Position numbers and translations under genes: made by a program. The notes under the pieces are model-generated. The model was given only the letters and a program-made list of their open reading frames with translations, did no database searches and was not told where the DNA came from. Shown here piece by piece: positions 1-12,002 of a stretch of 64,000 bases of DNA. Numbering within the stretch: position 1 is the first letter of the stretch; every line of letters begins with the position of its first letter. Origin of the DNA: Aureliella sp. (lineage in GTDB: Bacteria > Planctomycetota > Planctomycetia > Pirellulales > Pirellulaceae); contig OY829846.1 in the NCBI GenBank assembly GCA_963691875.1, forward strand, positions 3,616,001-3,680,000, in the 5' to 3' direction.

Positions 1-674
1 CAAGTCTTTGGCTGGAGCTCCACCTCTTGCATTTGCTCCTGCCCCGGAGTGACTAGTCGACCATCGTACAAGCTTGAAAAGTAGTCCAGCTTGGCTGTCA
101 TGTTCTCGGGCGGTTTCACATAGCCATAGTGATAAACCCATGCACCGGTAGTAGCACTTCTCAGCTTGCGACCGTCGATACGAAAGCCGCATGCGTCTCC
201 CCAGGACTGAACACCAACTCCTGGGCGGATAATTCGAATTTGCTTGCGATAAGGCAGTGGATCTCGAATTCCGTAGTCGGCAACGAAGTGGTGGTAACGA
301 AAACTGAGACCTTGGATCCTGGGTCGCCCGAGATTGCGTTTCATCGATTTCGCGATCGAATCCTGATCGTCCTCGTGAAGCACTTCATCCGCCTGCAGGT
401 AGACGAGCCAGTCGCCTTCGCAGTGGTCCATGGCGATATTGGTCTGCTGAGCCAACACCGTTCCGCCGCGACGCTGATTGTCATCCCAAACCGTATCGAT
501 AATCCGTAATTTGCATGAACCGATGGACTCGATGAGCTCCCGCGTCCCGTCGTCGCACTGCCCAACCGCAACCAAGAATTCATCAACGAGCGGCAAGGCC
601 GAGCGAATGCTCTCCACTACTGGGTAATCGTAGCGAACCGCATTGCGAACGATGGTAAAGCCTACGACTCGCAT
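1..674 (-). CDS. Glycosyltransferase family 2 protein (3' end runs off window)
   Basis: Absent from the ORF track. Manual translation from ATG 674: MRVVGFTIVRNAVRYDYPVVESIRSALPLVDEFLVAVGQCDDGT...GDWLVYLQADEVLHEDD, a GT-A fold N-terminus with a DxD-like QADE motif. Confidence 0.85.
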   Translation of the reverse strand, partial: MRVVGFTIVRNAVRYDYPVVESIRSALPLVDEFLVAVGQCDDGTRELIESIGSCKLRIIDTVWDDNQRRGGTVLAQQTNIAMDHCEGDWLVYLQADEVLHEDDQDSIAKSMKRNLGRPRIQGLSFRYHHFVADYGIRDPLPYRKQIRIIRPGVGVQSWGDACGFRIDGRKLRSATTGAWVYHYGYVKPPENMTAKLDYFSSLYDGRLVTPGQEQMQEVELQPKT

Positions 675-726
675 TGTTTGTAAAATCTCAACTAAATGGT
701 GCTTATCTGACTGCTAATGAAAATCT

Positions 727-1872
727 TTAGGCAACTCGAGCCAGCTTCGGCTTATCGGCGGCCATCTCTATCTGCTTCAATGTCAATGCGTACACCTGAG
801 ACACGCTAATATCTTGCATGCAGCGATGATGACTTAGGGGACAAGTGGCCTCATAGCAGGGCTGGCAGTCTAAGTCCAAATACACCTGCCGTTCAGGTTT
901 GTTATACGTGGCGGTCCAGAGCGGTCCGGTCGAGCCGAACAATGTGACAACAGGCCGGTCCAAGGCCACTGCTATATGCCGCGCACCGCTGTCCGTCGTC
1001 ACCACTGCAGCAGCTCGCTGCAGAACTCCACGACTCAGTCCAAGCGGCAAATTATCGACCACTCCCATGCTGAGTACATTGGGATGCGAAGCCAAAGCAA
1101 CCGTATCTGCTGCCGACTGACGCTCACCAGGGCCACAATGAAGAAGCACTTGAAGATCCGTTTTTGCCGCCAAACGGGTCGCTAGCTCCGCTACTTTCTC
1201 CTTGGGCCAGACACGGGATCCATCCTTCGCCGAATTGCTGTTAATAACAACCGTAGGAAGCGAAGATGAGAATCCAAGCTTGCTCCAGAGTTGGTCTGCA
1301 AGTTCCTGATCCTGAGGCGTGACACTTAGCTGCATTGCCCGGGACTGACTTTCACATCCCAACCATTCAGCCTGCTTTAAGTAGTAGTCGATCGCGCTGA
1401 CAGGAATAGGACCAGACTCGTTCTTGGGGACCGGAAGCGCGTCCGTCAGCAACCAAGCTCGACCATCTCTTCTGTAGCCGACCCGCCGTGGAATCCGTGA
1501 TGCAAAAGCTACGGCGGCGGACCAGAATGAATTCGGCAAAATCAATATCGTGTCGCAGTTGCTCTTACGAAGCTCGCGCATCAGCGACGACCTTGAGACG
1601 CTATGAGCCACACGTTGCTTGCCTCGTCGGTGGAAGAGAATGCGCTGATCAAAGCAATCCACATCCACAGTATTTGGCAAGAGCTCATCAATCAAGCTCG
1701 ACATGACGCCCACCAACCGAGCATCTGGAAACCCTTGCCGCAGAGAGCGCAGGGTTGGCGTCGCCATGCAGGCATCGCCAATCCAGTTCGGCATGATGAC
1801 AGCAATTGTTGGCGTCTTGCTGATCGACGGAGAGGAATCTGAGGTCAATGTTGCGTCTGGGGAAGAATCCAT
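727..1872 (-). CDS. waaF: ADP-heptose:LPS heptosyltransferase II-like (GT9)
   Basis: MPNWIGDACMATP, LPNSFWSA, TTDSGARHIAVAL..VVTLFGST and the C-terminal CQPC...CPLSHHRCM motif are typical of WaaF. Confidence 0.85.
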   Translation of the reverse strand: MDSSPDATLTSDSSPSISKTPTIAVIMPNWIGDACMATPTLRSLRQGFPDARLVGVMSSLIDELLPNTVDVDCFDQRILFHRRGKQRVAHSVSRSSLMRELRKSNCDTILILPNSFWSAAVAFASRIPRRVGYRRDGRAWLLTDALPVPKNESGPIPVSAIDYYLKQAEWLGCESQSRAMQLSVTPQDQELADQLWSKLGFSSSLPTVVINSNSAKDGSRVWPKEKVAELATRLAAKTDLQVLLHCGPGERQSAADTVALASHPNVLSMGVVDNLPLGLSRGVLQRAAAVVTTDSGARHIAVALDRPVVTLFGSTGPLWTATYNKPERQVYLDLDCQPCYEATCPLSHHRCMQDISVSQVYALTLKQIEMAADKPKLARVA

Positions 1873-2257
1873 TCCTACGAGGTATAAATATTTACACTAC
1901 TTGAGAAACCGTTCTCATGCAGTTGAAACCTCGGTAGCCTCAAGGGCGAGACTACCTGGACATCATATTGCCTCAGCAAGCAACAGAACAAGAGATCTTA
2001 GGATACGCCAGGATCCGGTAGCACCGAATGCTAGCAATCGGCGTGTCCGTATTTTTCCGACAATGCCACCTCATGTTGAATTCCCAAAGTGTCCTATACT
2101 ATGAGCGAGATACCTACCTCTAATCCAACGCCAAAAACGTCAACTGAATAGCCTTGAGTTTTTCAGGTGATTTCGGCTAGGATTCTCGCAATGCGATAGC
2201 ACGCAACACCAGGCTGGATCGTCCCGGCTGTGCGTAAACTTGGATTTCCCAGTGAGC

Positions 2258-3631
2258 ATGAGGCTCAAACTGATTTCGAAGCGCATTTTTATTGATGCCA
2301 CATACACTATCTGCTCGGGCCGAAGCTCGGGTATAGAAAGGGTTGTGCGCAATCTCGTCAGCCAATGTAAGATGCGAGCCGACAGTGGTGAATTGGTTGA
2401 ACCAAGCATGGTGGTCAATCACGGCGGCGAATTCTTTGAGCTAAACCAAAAATACTTGGAGCTATTCCAGCAGTCGGCTCAGATACAATCCAATGTATTG
2501 AAGCACACTCCGGCGTGGTACCGCCCAGCAGCGGAGGGCATCTGCAAAGTGCTACAAGCGCAGAAATTTCGCAAGTGGCTGCTGCCTCAGCCTGGCCATC
2601 TTGGACTATTTAAACTCCTGCACACGGCACAGGAATCAAGTGTATTCCGCAAGATGGCCCGCAAGTGCGAACCAATCCAGGCTGGGCCAGGCGATCTGTT
2701 CCTATTACCGGACGCGTACTGGGTAACTCGTCTTCGCAATAGCGTTTGGCCCGCCGCAAAGCGTGCACGAAACAACGGAGCCTTTGTTGCCAGCATCATT
2801 TACGACTTAATACCTCTCAGTCATCCTCAGTTTGTCGGATCGCGCCGCCGCAAGGCCTTCCACGACTACTTGGTGAAGGCCATTCAAAGCTCCGACCTGC
2901 TTCTGACCATCTCCAATACAGTCTTGAGTCAGCTGCAAGAGTTTGTCGCGACGGATCCTGCAGTCGCTAGTCTTGATCGCCCCACGATGAAGTCGTTCCA
3001 GCTAGGAGCTGAGCTGTCGACTGTTGAAGGCAACGTAAGGCAACCACTCGTCGATTTGTTCGGAAAGAGTAAACCTCCTTATTTGATGGTCGCGACTTTT
3101 GACCCTCGCAAGAACCATCAGTACTTGCTCGACGCGTTCGACCAACTTTGGCAACGCGGCAAGCAACTTGATATTTGCTTGGTTGGACGAATTGGCTCCC
3201 GTTGTGACGACATCACGAAACGCATTTTGACGCATCCTCTGTTCGGCAAAAACCTTTTCTTGTTTGACGACCTTTCCGACGCGGAACTACAACATTGCTA
3301 CCGCAACTCTCGCGGAGTAGTCTTCCCGTCGATTGTTGAAGGCTTCGGACTGCCGATCGTTGAATCACTATGGTTCGGCAAGAAAACCTTTGTCAGCGAC
3401 ACGCCTATTCACCGTGAAGTTGGCGGCAATGACTGCAGTTACTTCCCCTTAGATCGTCCCAAGGTGCTGGCCGATCAAATTGTTCAGTGGGAACGCAGTA
3501 TCACAGAAGGCAAGCCCTCGATGAACCAACGACATCCTGTCACCTGGAGCGAGAGCTGCAATCAATTGCTAGCACAATGTGCCGCACTTCTTCAGGATGC
3601 GGATTCTATTCGAACTGCACACGCAGCCTAG
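2258..3631 (+). CDS. Glycosyltransferase family 4 (WbaZ/mannosyltransferase-like)
   Basis: SGIERVVRNL, YDLIPLSHPQF, PRKNH and FPSIVEGFGLPIVES (EX7E) motifs. ATG 2258 preferred over TTG 2240. Confidence 0.9.
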   Translation: MRLKLISKRIFIDATYTICSGRSSGIERVVRNLVSQCKMRADSGELVEPSMVVNHGGEFFELNQKYLELFQQSAQIQSNVLKHTPAWYRPAAEGICKVLQAQKFRKWLLPQPGHLGLFKLLHTAQESSVFRKMARKCEPIQAGPGDLFLLPDAYWVTRLRNSVWPAAKRARNNGAFVASIIYDLIPLSHPQFVGSRRRKAFHDYLVKAIQSSDLLLTISNTVLSQLQEFVATDPAVASLDRPTMKSFQLGAELSTVEGNVRQPLVDLFGKSKPPYLMVATFDPRKNHQYLLDAFDQLWQRGKQLDICLVGRIGSRCDDITKRILTHPLFGKNLFLFDDLSDAELQHCYRNSRGVVFPSIVEGFGLPIVESLWFGKKTFVSDTPIHREVGGNDCSYFPLDRPKVLADQIVQWERSITEGKPSMNQRHPVTWSESCNQLLAQCAALLQDADSIRTAHAA

Positions 3632-3961
3632 GTCGACAGCCTATTCATGGTTGTTTTAGAATCGCGGGCTGTTGCCGCTTCGAGATTCGAGAGCAGTCGC
3701 CCGCGGTAGCGCGTTGAACGTGGAATCAAATCGAAGCCCAAACCCACTTGCCTGCGCGTCGTGCTCAGATTCTATGAGCGATTCAACGCAAGACGCCGGT
3801 TCTTCAGTTCTTTGACATTCCAACCTCCCGAAATCATTTTTCTCAAATGATGTGGACACGGATTTGCATGTCTGTCAAACTCCTCCCGGGGCTGGCAGGA
3901 CGCCACGCAAGCAGACCCAACAATACTTTGACTTGCGGCCCATCATTTTGCTAACCAATAA

Positions 3962-5038
<1,077 letters not shown>

Positions 5039-5071
5039 CTGCCTGCAACTCACAAAAGACAGAGTTCAATC

Positions 5072-5104
5072 GAGCCCGGCTTTCCTAAACTGGGCTTTTT
5101 CTTT
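5072..5104 (+). terminator. Intrinsic terminator after gmd
   Basis: AGCCCGG..CTGGGCT stem followed by TTTTCTTT, about 35 nt after the gmd stop, in a convergent intergenic region. Confidence 0.7.
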
Positions 5105-5214
5105 GCTTGGCAAGCCACCGCATATCGCTGGGCTAACTCGTATGCAGAATTCTTCAAATGACCGGGGTGACTAAGCGATCGGCGACTCTAAAAACACGGT
5201 GGCCGCCGAAATTG

Positions 5215-6315
5215 CTATCGCTGGTAGATCGGCAAGTAATGATACTTGACTGAAAGACTGAGGATCGACATGCAAGTTGAGTAGACCTTGCCTGCCCCCG
5301 ACTCCTCTCCGCCTGGCGCGGCCCACGAGCCATCGTCTTGTTGCTTTTCGAGTAACAACTCGGCGACATTCTTACTCGCCAGTTCGGCCTGCCGACCGCC
5401 ACGCTGGTACATCCCCTGAGCGTAGTAATACGTTCCGTAGAAGAAGAAGCGATCCTTCCACTTGGGTGGATGCTCTTCCAACCACAGCACCGCATCGCGG
5501 ACTAGCGGCGAATCATATTGCCCACAGACTTGCATCGCCAGGAGACCGGCAGCGGTCATCGCGAATGTAGGGTTTCGGGCTCGCGGTAAATAACAGAAAC
5601 CTCCGCCGGAGCGAACAGGATTTCCTTGCGAATCAAGTCTCTCCGAGAAAGACCTTTCCAGATAAGCGATGGCTGCATTGATTGCCTCCGCTGGAACATC
5701 CAGTCCGTCGTTCTTGGCCGAGCGAAGCGCCATTAGCTGCCAAACGCTTACCGATAGATCAGCATCATTCGAATTCGGGGTGTAGCGCCAACCGCCCCTG
5801 TAATTAGCCGCCTTCTGTTCTTTCTGAGCGCTAAGAATGAGGTCAATCGCACGCTGGCAGCGTAGGTGAATCAGGGCATCTTGCTGCGCCGAAGCCCCCA
5901 TTCCTACCATCTCTGTCAACATTAGCGTAGTGATGCCATGGCCGTACATCCGCGACCCATCGCGGTTGCCAAAGTACCCTTCATCGTCCTGACGCCCTTT
6001 GCTAAGTACGAAATCTAGCGCTCGACGCGACACCTGGCCCAGCTCGCCAGGGCTACCTGGCGTGACTCCGGTGCTTGCCAGCGCCATGATCGCGAGTGAG
6101 CTCATCGTCGTATCATATTGACGATCCGTTATCGCGCCGTTATCCCGCTGTTTACTGACTAAAAACGCTATGCCTTTATCGATTGCTGCTCGAACTTTTG
6201 GCGAGACAGCCGTCTCTTTTTCCTGAGCACCGGCGAATTGCGACAGCAAAGACCCCAGCAAACAAAACGCAACAAGACAGACTCTTGTTACTCCAAATTT
6301 CATTCCAAGTCTCAC
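5215..6315 (-). CDS. Secreted prenyltransferase/squalene-cyclase-repeat (alpha/alpha barrel) protein
   Basis: Signal-peptide-like N-terminus; QW-type repeats (KQRDNG, GGWRY, GGFCY, QQDDGSW); MYGHGITTL and [15 protein letters not shown] motifs. No DXDD cyclase motif. Confidence 0.85.
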   Translation of the reverse strand: MRLGMKFGVTRVCLVAFCLLGSLLSQFAGAQEKETAVSPKVRAAIDKGIAFLVSKQRDNGAITDRQYDTTMSSLAIMALASTGVTPGSPGELGQVSRRALDFVLSKGRQDDEGYFGNRDGSRMYGHGITTLMLTEMVGMGASAQQDALIHLRCQRAIDLILSAQKEQKAANYRGGWRYTPNSNDADLSVSVWQLMALRSAKNDGLDVPAEAINAAIAYLERSFSERLDSQGNPVRSGGGFCYLPRARNPTFAMTAAGLLAMQVCGQYDSPLVRDAVLWLEEHPPKWKDRFFFYGTYYYAQGMYQRGGRQAELASKNVAELLLEKQQDDGSWAAPGGEESGAGKVYSTCMSILSLSVKYHYLPIYQR

Positions 6316-9300
6316 TGCTTCGCCGACTCCTTAGCAACGCTTCGGAAATAAGCGTCAACTTGAGCTTGAATATGCGGAGCAAGAGTAGACCGCTTTGTCT
6401 CGATGGCTCCCTCAGCTTTCTGGTCTCGCAACTTACCCCAGTCGCCATCCACTCGATTCACGCGTGTGACTGAAACATCAACGGGACCTTGAGGATCCAC
6501 ATTTGCCATAGTGGACTCAGTCGCCATCCCGAGATCTTCGCTCGGAGTCGGCTGGTTTTGTGGCATCGCCTGAGAACGGCTCAGCTGCATCGCGAGCTGC
6601 TTGGCCGCCTGAGCCAGGGTACCTGGCGGCATCTTTGCCGAGGATTGCATCGGATTCTGCGAGTTATTGTCCTGTTGACCGAGATTCGCATCACTTTGAC
6701 TCATCTGCCGATCCAGTTCATCCAATAACTGCGCCTTCTCCTGGGGACTCAGATTTGCAAGTGGTGAAGTGGCAGAGGAACTTGGCGAGTTTGCCTTCGA
6801 TGGACTGCCTTGCTGTTGACGCTGTGAATTGGAAGCGGTCGAACTTTGGGCGCTTTGCGAGGATGGCTGATTCGCACTTTGTGACTGAGGCGAATTCTGT
6901 GCCCGGGATTGAGCATCTGGCAACTGAGCATTCTGTGATTGCGCGCCCTGTCCTTGTTGTTGCGAATCTCCCTGAGCTCCCTCACTTTGCCCCTGAGACT
7001 GGGCTGACTGCTGAGCCAACAATTGCTCAAGTGATTCTGCAGCGTCGCGAATCGCCTCCTCACCTGACTGACCAGCCTGCTGAGCATCGCTTGTCTGGGA
7101 TGAGCTCGCCTGCTGGCTTGGTGACGCCATGGCTTGTGCAGCCGCTTCTTGCATCGCTTGTTGCGAGTCGCCGAGCGCTGATGCGGCCGCTTCATTAGCC
7201 TGACCAGCAACGGCTGCCAGTGCCTCACCTGACTCTTGGTTATCGAGTCGCTCCTCATGACGACTTGCACGGCCTAGGTCGTCAGCTGCTTGCTCCACTT
7301 CTTCTTGAACGTCTCCTTGCTTCCGAGCTGAGGAAGCCAACTGATTAGCACTGGCTTCTGCCACAGGCTGTTCCGACTGTGCCCAGTCTCCAAGATTCTT
7401 GGCAAGTCCTTCGGTGCGTTCCTGAGCCTGCTCCAATAGATCGCTCGCAAATTCGGCAGCTGGATTCTCACTCTCTAGTTTTGCTTCTGGTCGAGCCCGA
7501 CTCTGCTCCAGTTGCTTCTTCGCCTGCTGCTCTCGCTGCTTCAATTTCTCAGCAAGCTGTTCAGCCGCCTGCTGTCGCGATTCTGCGGCCGCGACTTGGT
7601 TCTGCTGCCGCTCCTGCTGAGCTGCCATGGCATCTGGATCGTTTGACTTCTCCGCCCTTCGGTTCAGCTGGTCCAAGTTTCGCTGCTGTTGGTCGGTTTG
7701 CCGCTTCGCTTGCTGTAATTGCTGCTCCGCTTGCCTGCGAGCTGCAGACGCCTGACTCTCAGCCTGTCGCAATTGCCTTTCGTCTGTTTGCTTTGTTCGC
7801 GCTTGACGATCTCGTGTTTCGCGACGCCGGTTGTTCAGATCGGCACCGTTATCATGGATACGTTCAGCCTGAGCCTCCAGAAGACCCTGCTGCGCCTCTG
7901 CCAGCCTCTGTCCTGCATTCTCCAAAGCCTCAGAAAACTCCTTGGCTTTTTGCTGCATCGACTCCATCGACTCGCCATTGGTGGGCTTTGCATTCTCGGA
8001 AGCGGCAGAGAGTTTATCAGCCGCATCCTGGAGAGCCTCAGCACTTTCCGGCTGCTTTGCTTGTCGTGCAGCATTGTTCGCTTCTTGCACAAGATTCTGC
8101 AACGTGTCTCGAGCTTGAGTCCGTGCAGAATTCAAATCATGCGCCAACAGCTGCTTCCGTGCTTTCAACTTTGCATCTGAGTCTTCGAGGGCGTTGGTAA
8201 GCTCCTGCTGCTTCCGCGCGGCTTGCTGCAGGTCTTCAAGAGCCCGCTCTGCGGCCGCCTTGGCAATATCCGACATAGCGGACTGCATGGGCTGATCCGT
8301 TTGCAACTCCCGCTCTAAAGCCTCAAGCAACTCTTGCGAGTTCATCTCTGCCAACTCGGCGAGTGACTCGGCTTGATCGAAGGCTGAATTGGACTCCAGT
8401 CCCTCCTGCTGTTGACTCATTTCTTGAGCAATTTGCTCTAGCCGAGCCATATCGCTGTTCTCTTGCGGAGTGGAGTTCGCCTCGGACGACTCATTCGAAT
8501 TAGGCTCAAAGATATTGGCAAGTTGCTCCAGTGCCTCCGCTGCATCAGCCTGCTTCCCTGCGGCTTCTACCAAGGCTTGCTTCTGCTCCTGCTTGGTCGC
8601 GTTCCCGTCAGGTATCTCATCCAGAGACTCATTGGTCTGCTCGCGAGCACGGTCGACGATCTGCAGTCCCGCATCATCCGCTCTGGCGTGATCCAATTCC
8701 TCCGCGTCAAGTAGATCGTGCGTTTCAGCCCGGTCCACTAAGGCTTCACGCAATTCCTGCATCGGTGACTGCAAGCGATCTTTTTGCTGTTCGAGCTGCG
8801 CGAGTTCCACCTCGTTCGCTTCCGGCGACTGCTCTTCCACTTCTTGGCTCAAACGTTCGGTATCTTCACTCAGTTCTTTCGTCTTTTCAGCCGCCTCTTT
8901 TGCAAGCTCAGAGATTGTCGGAGCCGCCTCATCGATGATCTCGCGCGCCTTTTCGACGGCTGGCTTCAGTTCGGTTTGAACTCCAGATAGCTGCTCAGCA
9001 AGCTTCATGAGGTCTGAAGCTGCCGACTTCGGCTCACTGCGATCCCAACGCCGAGAAGCAATCCGCTGGCTAGCTTCTTGAGCCGGTTTATCCCAGCGCA
9101 ACTTTTCGATCGATTGAATCAAAGGCGAATCAATGCTTGCCTCGTGCGCTTGGCGAGCAGCTTGCTCCAAGCGTTTCTGCAGTGCTTCCCAATTCCGCGG
9201 GCTGTCCGTTCGAGTATCTACACTATTGAGTTGCCAACGTTCATCACGGGTCAGCTTTGAAAGAATCGCGCTGGATTCCTGTAGCTCGTTTGCGAGTTCC

Positions 9301-12002
9301 AGGACCTGTAGAGCATCGCGCACTAGGTCCAACTGCTCATCCCGTCGTTTCTCGTCGTCTTCTTCCAGAATTCTCTGCAGTGCTCTCTTCGTTTGCCCCA
9401 AGTCCCGGGCGAAGTCCCAGCTGGCAGATTCTGCGGCGCGGCGTAGCTCTCGACGCTGTTGAAGACTGTTCAAGAGACTCACGGCTGCCTCTTCCGCGTT
9501 TGACTCGGTACGTTGAAAGTCGCGCACAAGCTGGCCCGACGACTTGAGCTTCGATTCAAACCAATCGATTGCTCGCTTCTGATTTTCGAAGATATTTCCA
9601 TCGACATGAGTATCCAAAGCGCGAACTTCTAATGCCGATGCGTTAGCTTCGATTTGCTTGCGTAATGCCTCCACGCTTCCGCTCATTCGCTGACTTTCCA
9701 TGCCGCCAACGATTTGCCCCAATTGCTCTCCAAAAGCCCGATAACGCCCTTGGCTGCCAGATGAAACTTGGCCAACCTCCTTTTCGATGTCCTCCGCAAG
9801 AGAACGCAGCTGACGCAAGAGCACTTGGTGCTGTCGGGTAATACGATCCTTCGATGAATCATCCCTCAGCTGATTCACAAGTCCGCGCTGTGCTTGGGCA
9901 GCTTCCTTCAATAGCTTTGAATGCCGCCGCATGACATCCTGTGTTACCAGAGCTCGTACATTCCGGGCGATATACTTCATATCAACGTGGAGAGACTTGA
10001 TCGCCTTTTGCGTTGCCTCGTCGTCTTGTTTCTCTTTGGCTTGCTCAAGCTCCCGCATCTCCGTATTCTCGATTTGGCTGAGCAGCTCGCCGACCAAGCG
10101 CATTTCCGATGTCGCTGCTGGATCGGAATTCGCTCGTGCTGCCGCGCGATGGAGCCTTGTCAATTCGGCACTTGCAGCCTTCATGGTTTCCATCGTCTGA
10201 TCAGCCAAGCGTTTGACTTGCTCCAAAGTCATCTGCTTGTCTTTTTCTGGAGCGTTCTTCTCAAGTTCTACAGCTACGCTCTCCAGCTTCTCAGCCAAGT
10301 CGCGTCGCGTCTGATCCGCCTCGCTCTGACTCAGATCAAGCGAGCGAGAGGACAGATAAACAGTCCTCTTTTCCGTGGCAACAGAGTGACCATGCTGATC
10401 AACGGCTCGCACCCAGGTCTCTAGATAGTCACCCGCCTGCAACTTCATCGGTAGCAAATCGGTCGACCAGCCGTGGCGATACCTGGCTTGCCAATCCGAC
10501 TCATCAGATCCCACGCTGGCGGCAAGTCGCGATACAGCAAAGTTGAGCTCACGCGACTGCACCTCGCCCGAGTTGACTCGATACTCTTGCGCGAGCTTGG
10601 CCAAAGCCAACTCGTCACTTGCCCGAACTTCCCAAGTAAGGATTTCTTCAATGCCCGCCGTAAGCGTTGGTTCCTGCGGCACTTCCCAGCGGACAGCAGG
10701 CTCGAGATCATCAACGCAAGTGATATCGTAGCTCTCGCTGTATTCGTTCGAGAACCCAGACTCCTCCGCAGTAATGGCTACGCGGTAACGAAGACTCTCA
10801 GTCACTTCGAAGGAAGTCGCGTACAGTTGCCGCTCAGGATCCCACTGCAGATCCACGCTTTTCGGGCCTTCTGGAACTTCGAGCCAGAGTAGAGCTGCTG
10901 ATGAAAGTTTTTGGTCCGCGCGGATCGCAAGTGTCACACGACTACCTGCCAGCACAGTGATATCGCCACGTGGCGATCTGAACTGTCTAGTCGATTCCGA
11001 TGCGTAGTCCGGCAATCGAACTTGGAATGCAAACTCCTCTACACTAGGCCGCGGCATTGTGCGTAAGCGATGCCAAGCTGTACTTGCGGAACCCGAAACC
11101 ACCCGATAGTCAACAAACGATTGCTCAACAGATAGAGTCGACTCAAAAGTGCTCTCCCTGCGCTCGTCATCGTTTGGTTTTTCCTCTACGGCCAGAGTTT
11201 CCGCAGGAGGGGAACTCTCCAGCAAAGTCATCGCGATACGGTCACTCGACATTTCGTTCCGTGTCTCCAGCCACACGTCGGCTGATCGTCGGCCCTCGAC
11301 TCGGGCTCGAACCGCAATCACATCGTCCTCAGCGACGATACCAGAAGCCGGACTAGGCAACTCGATCTCAATCGCGATATCGCTAATGCGGCCTAGGTTT
11401 GCAAAGGGGAAAAGTGTTCGCGCGATTCGCTGCGGCAAATGCAAGCTGGGCACAAAGCACAATAAAACCACTGCTGCGAGAGCCAACACACCTCCGGCAA
11501 GTGCTCGCTGGATGCTTTGCCAACGCAAGAGCTGCGATGGATTCACGCCGCCCATTTCAGCAGCAACCTCCCTCTGCAACTCCGCCTGGAAGGCCAACGA
11601 ACCGGGGGAGTGCGCGGACCATTGTTCAGAGAGCTCCACAGCGCTGAGCAGCCGATCCTCCAACTCAGGTGCATGCGATTCCATAACACCGGCTTCCTGA
11701 CTGATTGAAGCCAGCTTGAAAAACTCTCGGCAGAACACGACAGCCGCAGCTACAGTCGACACGTAAAACAGAATCGCAGAAAACCACCGAGCAACTGGAT
11801 GCACGATCAAACCATCGACCAGGACAGCAACAAGCAGCGCTGCACATGCAACGGCCACGGTCAAAGCTAAGCCTCTCGTCATGCCGATCAATCGTCGGCG
11901 CCGCCCAAATCGCGAAATCTTATCACGAGTACTCTCCGCCAGCTCGACGCGCGAGGGTGTTGTTTGACGGGGGGGTGAAACCAAATTCGACGCAATGCTC
12001 AT
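6312..12002 (-). CDS. Giant membrane-anchored coiled-coil protein (DUF4175-like), about 1896 aa
   Basis: ATG 12002 overlaps the upstream TGA (ATGA), so it is preferred over 12083. Three N-terminal TM-like segments, an [10 protein letters not shown] motif, beta-rich Ig-like repeats, long Q/E/A helical heptads, a Q/S low-complexity tail and C-terminal W..L...YF motifs. Confidence 0.8.
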   Translation of the reverse strand: MSIASNLVSPPRQTTPSRVELAESTRDKISRFGRRRRLIGMTRGLALTVAVACAALLVAVLVDGLIVHPVARWFSAILFYVSTVAAAVVFCREFFKLASISQEAGVMESHAPELEDRLLSAVELSEQWSAHSPGSLAFQAELQREVAAEMGGVNPSQLLRWQSIQRALAGGVLALAAVVLLCFVPSLHLPQRIARTLFPFANLGRISDIAIEIELPSPASGIVAEDDVIAVRARVEGRRSADVWLETRNEMSSDRIAMTLLESSPPAETLAVEEKPNDDERRESTFESTLSVEQSFVDYRVVSGSASTAWHRLRTMPRPSVEEFAFQVRLPDYASESTRQFRSPRGDITVLAGSRVTLAIRADQKLSSAALLWLEVPEGPKSVDLQWDPERQLYATSFEVTESLRYRVAITAEESGFSNEYSESYDITCVDDLEPAVRWEVPQEPTLTAGIEEILTWEVRASDELALAKLAQEYRVNSGEVQSRELNFAVSRLAASVGSDESDWQARYRHGWSTDLLPMKLQAGDYLETWVRAVDQHGHSVATEKRTVYLSSRSLDLSQSEADQTRRDLAEKLESVAVELEKNAPEKDKQMTLEQVKRLADQTMETMKAASAELTRLHRAAARANSDPAATSEMRLVGELLSQIENTEMRELEQAKEKQDDEATQKAIKSLHVDMKYIARNVRALVTQDVMRRHSKLLKEAAQAQRGLVNQLRDDSSKDRITRQHQVLLRQLRSLAEDIEKEVGQVSSGSQGRYRAFGEQLGQIVGGMESQRMSGSVEALRKQIEANASALEVRALDTHVDGNIFENQKRAIDWFESKLKSSGQLVRDFQRTESNAEEAAVSLLNSLQQRRELRRAAESASWDFARDLGQTKRALQRILEEDDEKRRDEQLDLVRDALQVLELANELQESSAILSKLTRDERWQLNSVDTRTDSPRNWEALQKRLEQAARQAHEASIDSPLIQSIEKLRWDKPAQEASQRIASRRWDRSEPKSAASDLMKLAEQLSGVQTELKPAVEKAREIIDEAAPTISELAKEAAEKTKELSEDTERLSQEVEEQSPEANEVELAQLEQQKDRLQSPMQELREALVDRAETHDLLDAEELDHARADDAGLQIVDRAREQTNESLDEIPDGNATKQEQKQALVEAAGKQADAAEALEQLANIFEPNSNESSEANSTPQENSDMARLEQIAQEMSQQQEGLESNSAFDQAESLAELAEMNSQELLEALERELQTDQPMQSAMSDIAKAAAERALEDLQQAARKQQELTNALEDSDAKLKARKQLLAHDLNSARTQARDTLQNLVQEANNAARQAKQPESAEALQDAADKLSAASENAKPTNGESMESMQQKAKEFSEALENAGQRLAEAQQGLLEAQAERIHDNGADLNNRRRETRDRQARTKQTDERQLRQAESQASAARRQAEQQLQQAKRQTDQQQRNLDQLNRRAEKSNDPDAMAAQQERQQNQVAAAESRQQAAEQLAEKLKQREQQAKKQLEQSRARPEAKLESENPAAEFASDLLEQAQERTEGLAKNLGDWAQSEQPVAEASANQLASSARKQGDVQEEVEQAADDLGRASRHEERLDNQESGEALAAVAGQANEAAASALGDSQQAMQEAAAQAMASPSQQASSSQTSDAQQAGQSGEEAIRDAAESLEQLLAQQSAQSQGQSEGAQGDSQQQGQGAQSQNAQLPDAQSRAQNSPQSQSANQPSSQSAQSSTASNSQRQQQGSPSKANSPSSSATSPLANLSPQEKAQLLDELDRQMSQSDANLGQQDNNSQNPMQSSAKMPPGTLAQAAKQLAMQLSRSQAMPQNQPTPSEDLGMATESTMANVDPQGPVDVSVTRVNRVDGDWGKLRDQKAEGAIETKRSTLAPHIQAQVDAYFRSVAKESAKQ

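Noticed and set aside
3702..3713. ops/JUMPStart-like CGCGGTAGCGCG upstream of gmd
   Set aside because: Two mismatches to GGCGGTAGnnTG, no JUMPStart context, more than 300 nt from the start, and only one gene downstream; compatible with chance.
5215..6315. Squalene-hopene cyclase / terpene biosynthetic cluster
   Set aside because: Too short, has a signal peptide, lacks DXDD, and has no isoprenoid genes nearby.
6560..8200. Long plus-strand ORFs (212 and 273 aa), and similar ORFs at 17595, 19075, 25311 and 27044
   Set aside because: Antisense or alternate-frame shadows of well-supported genes, with no recognisable motifs.
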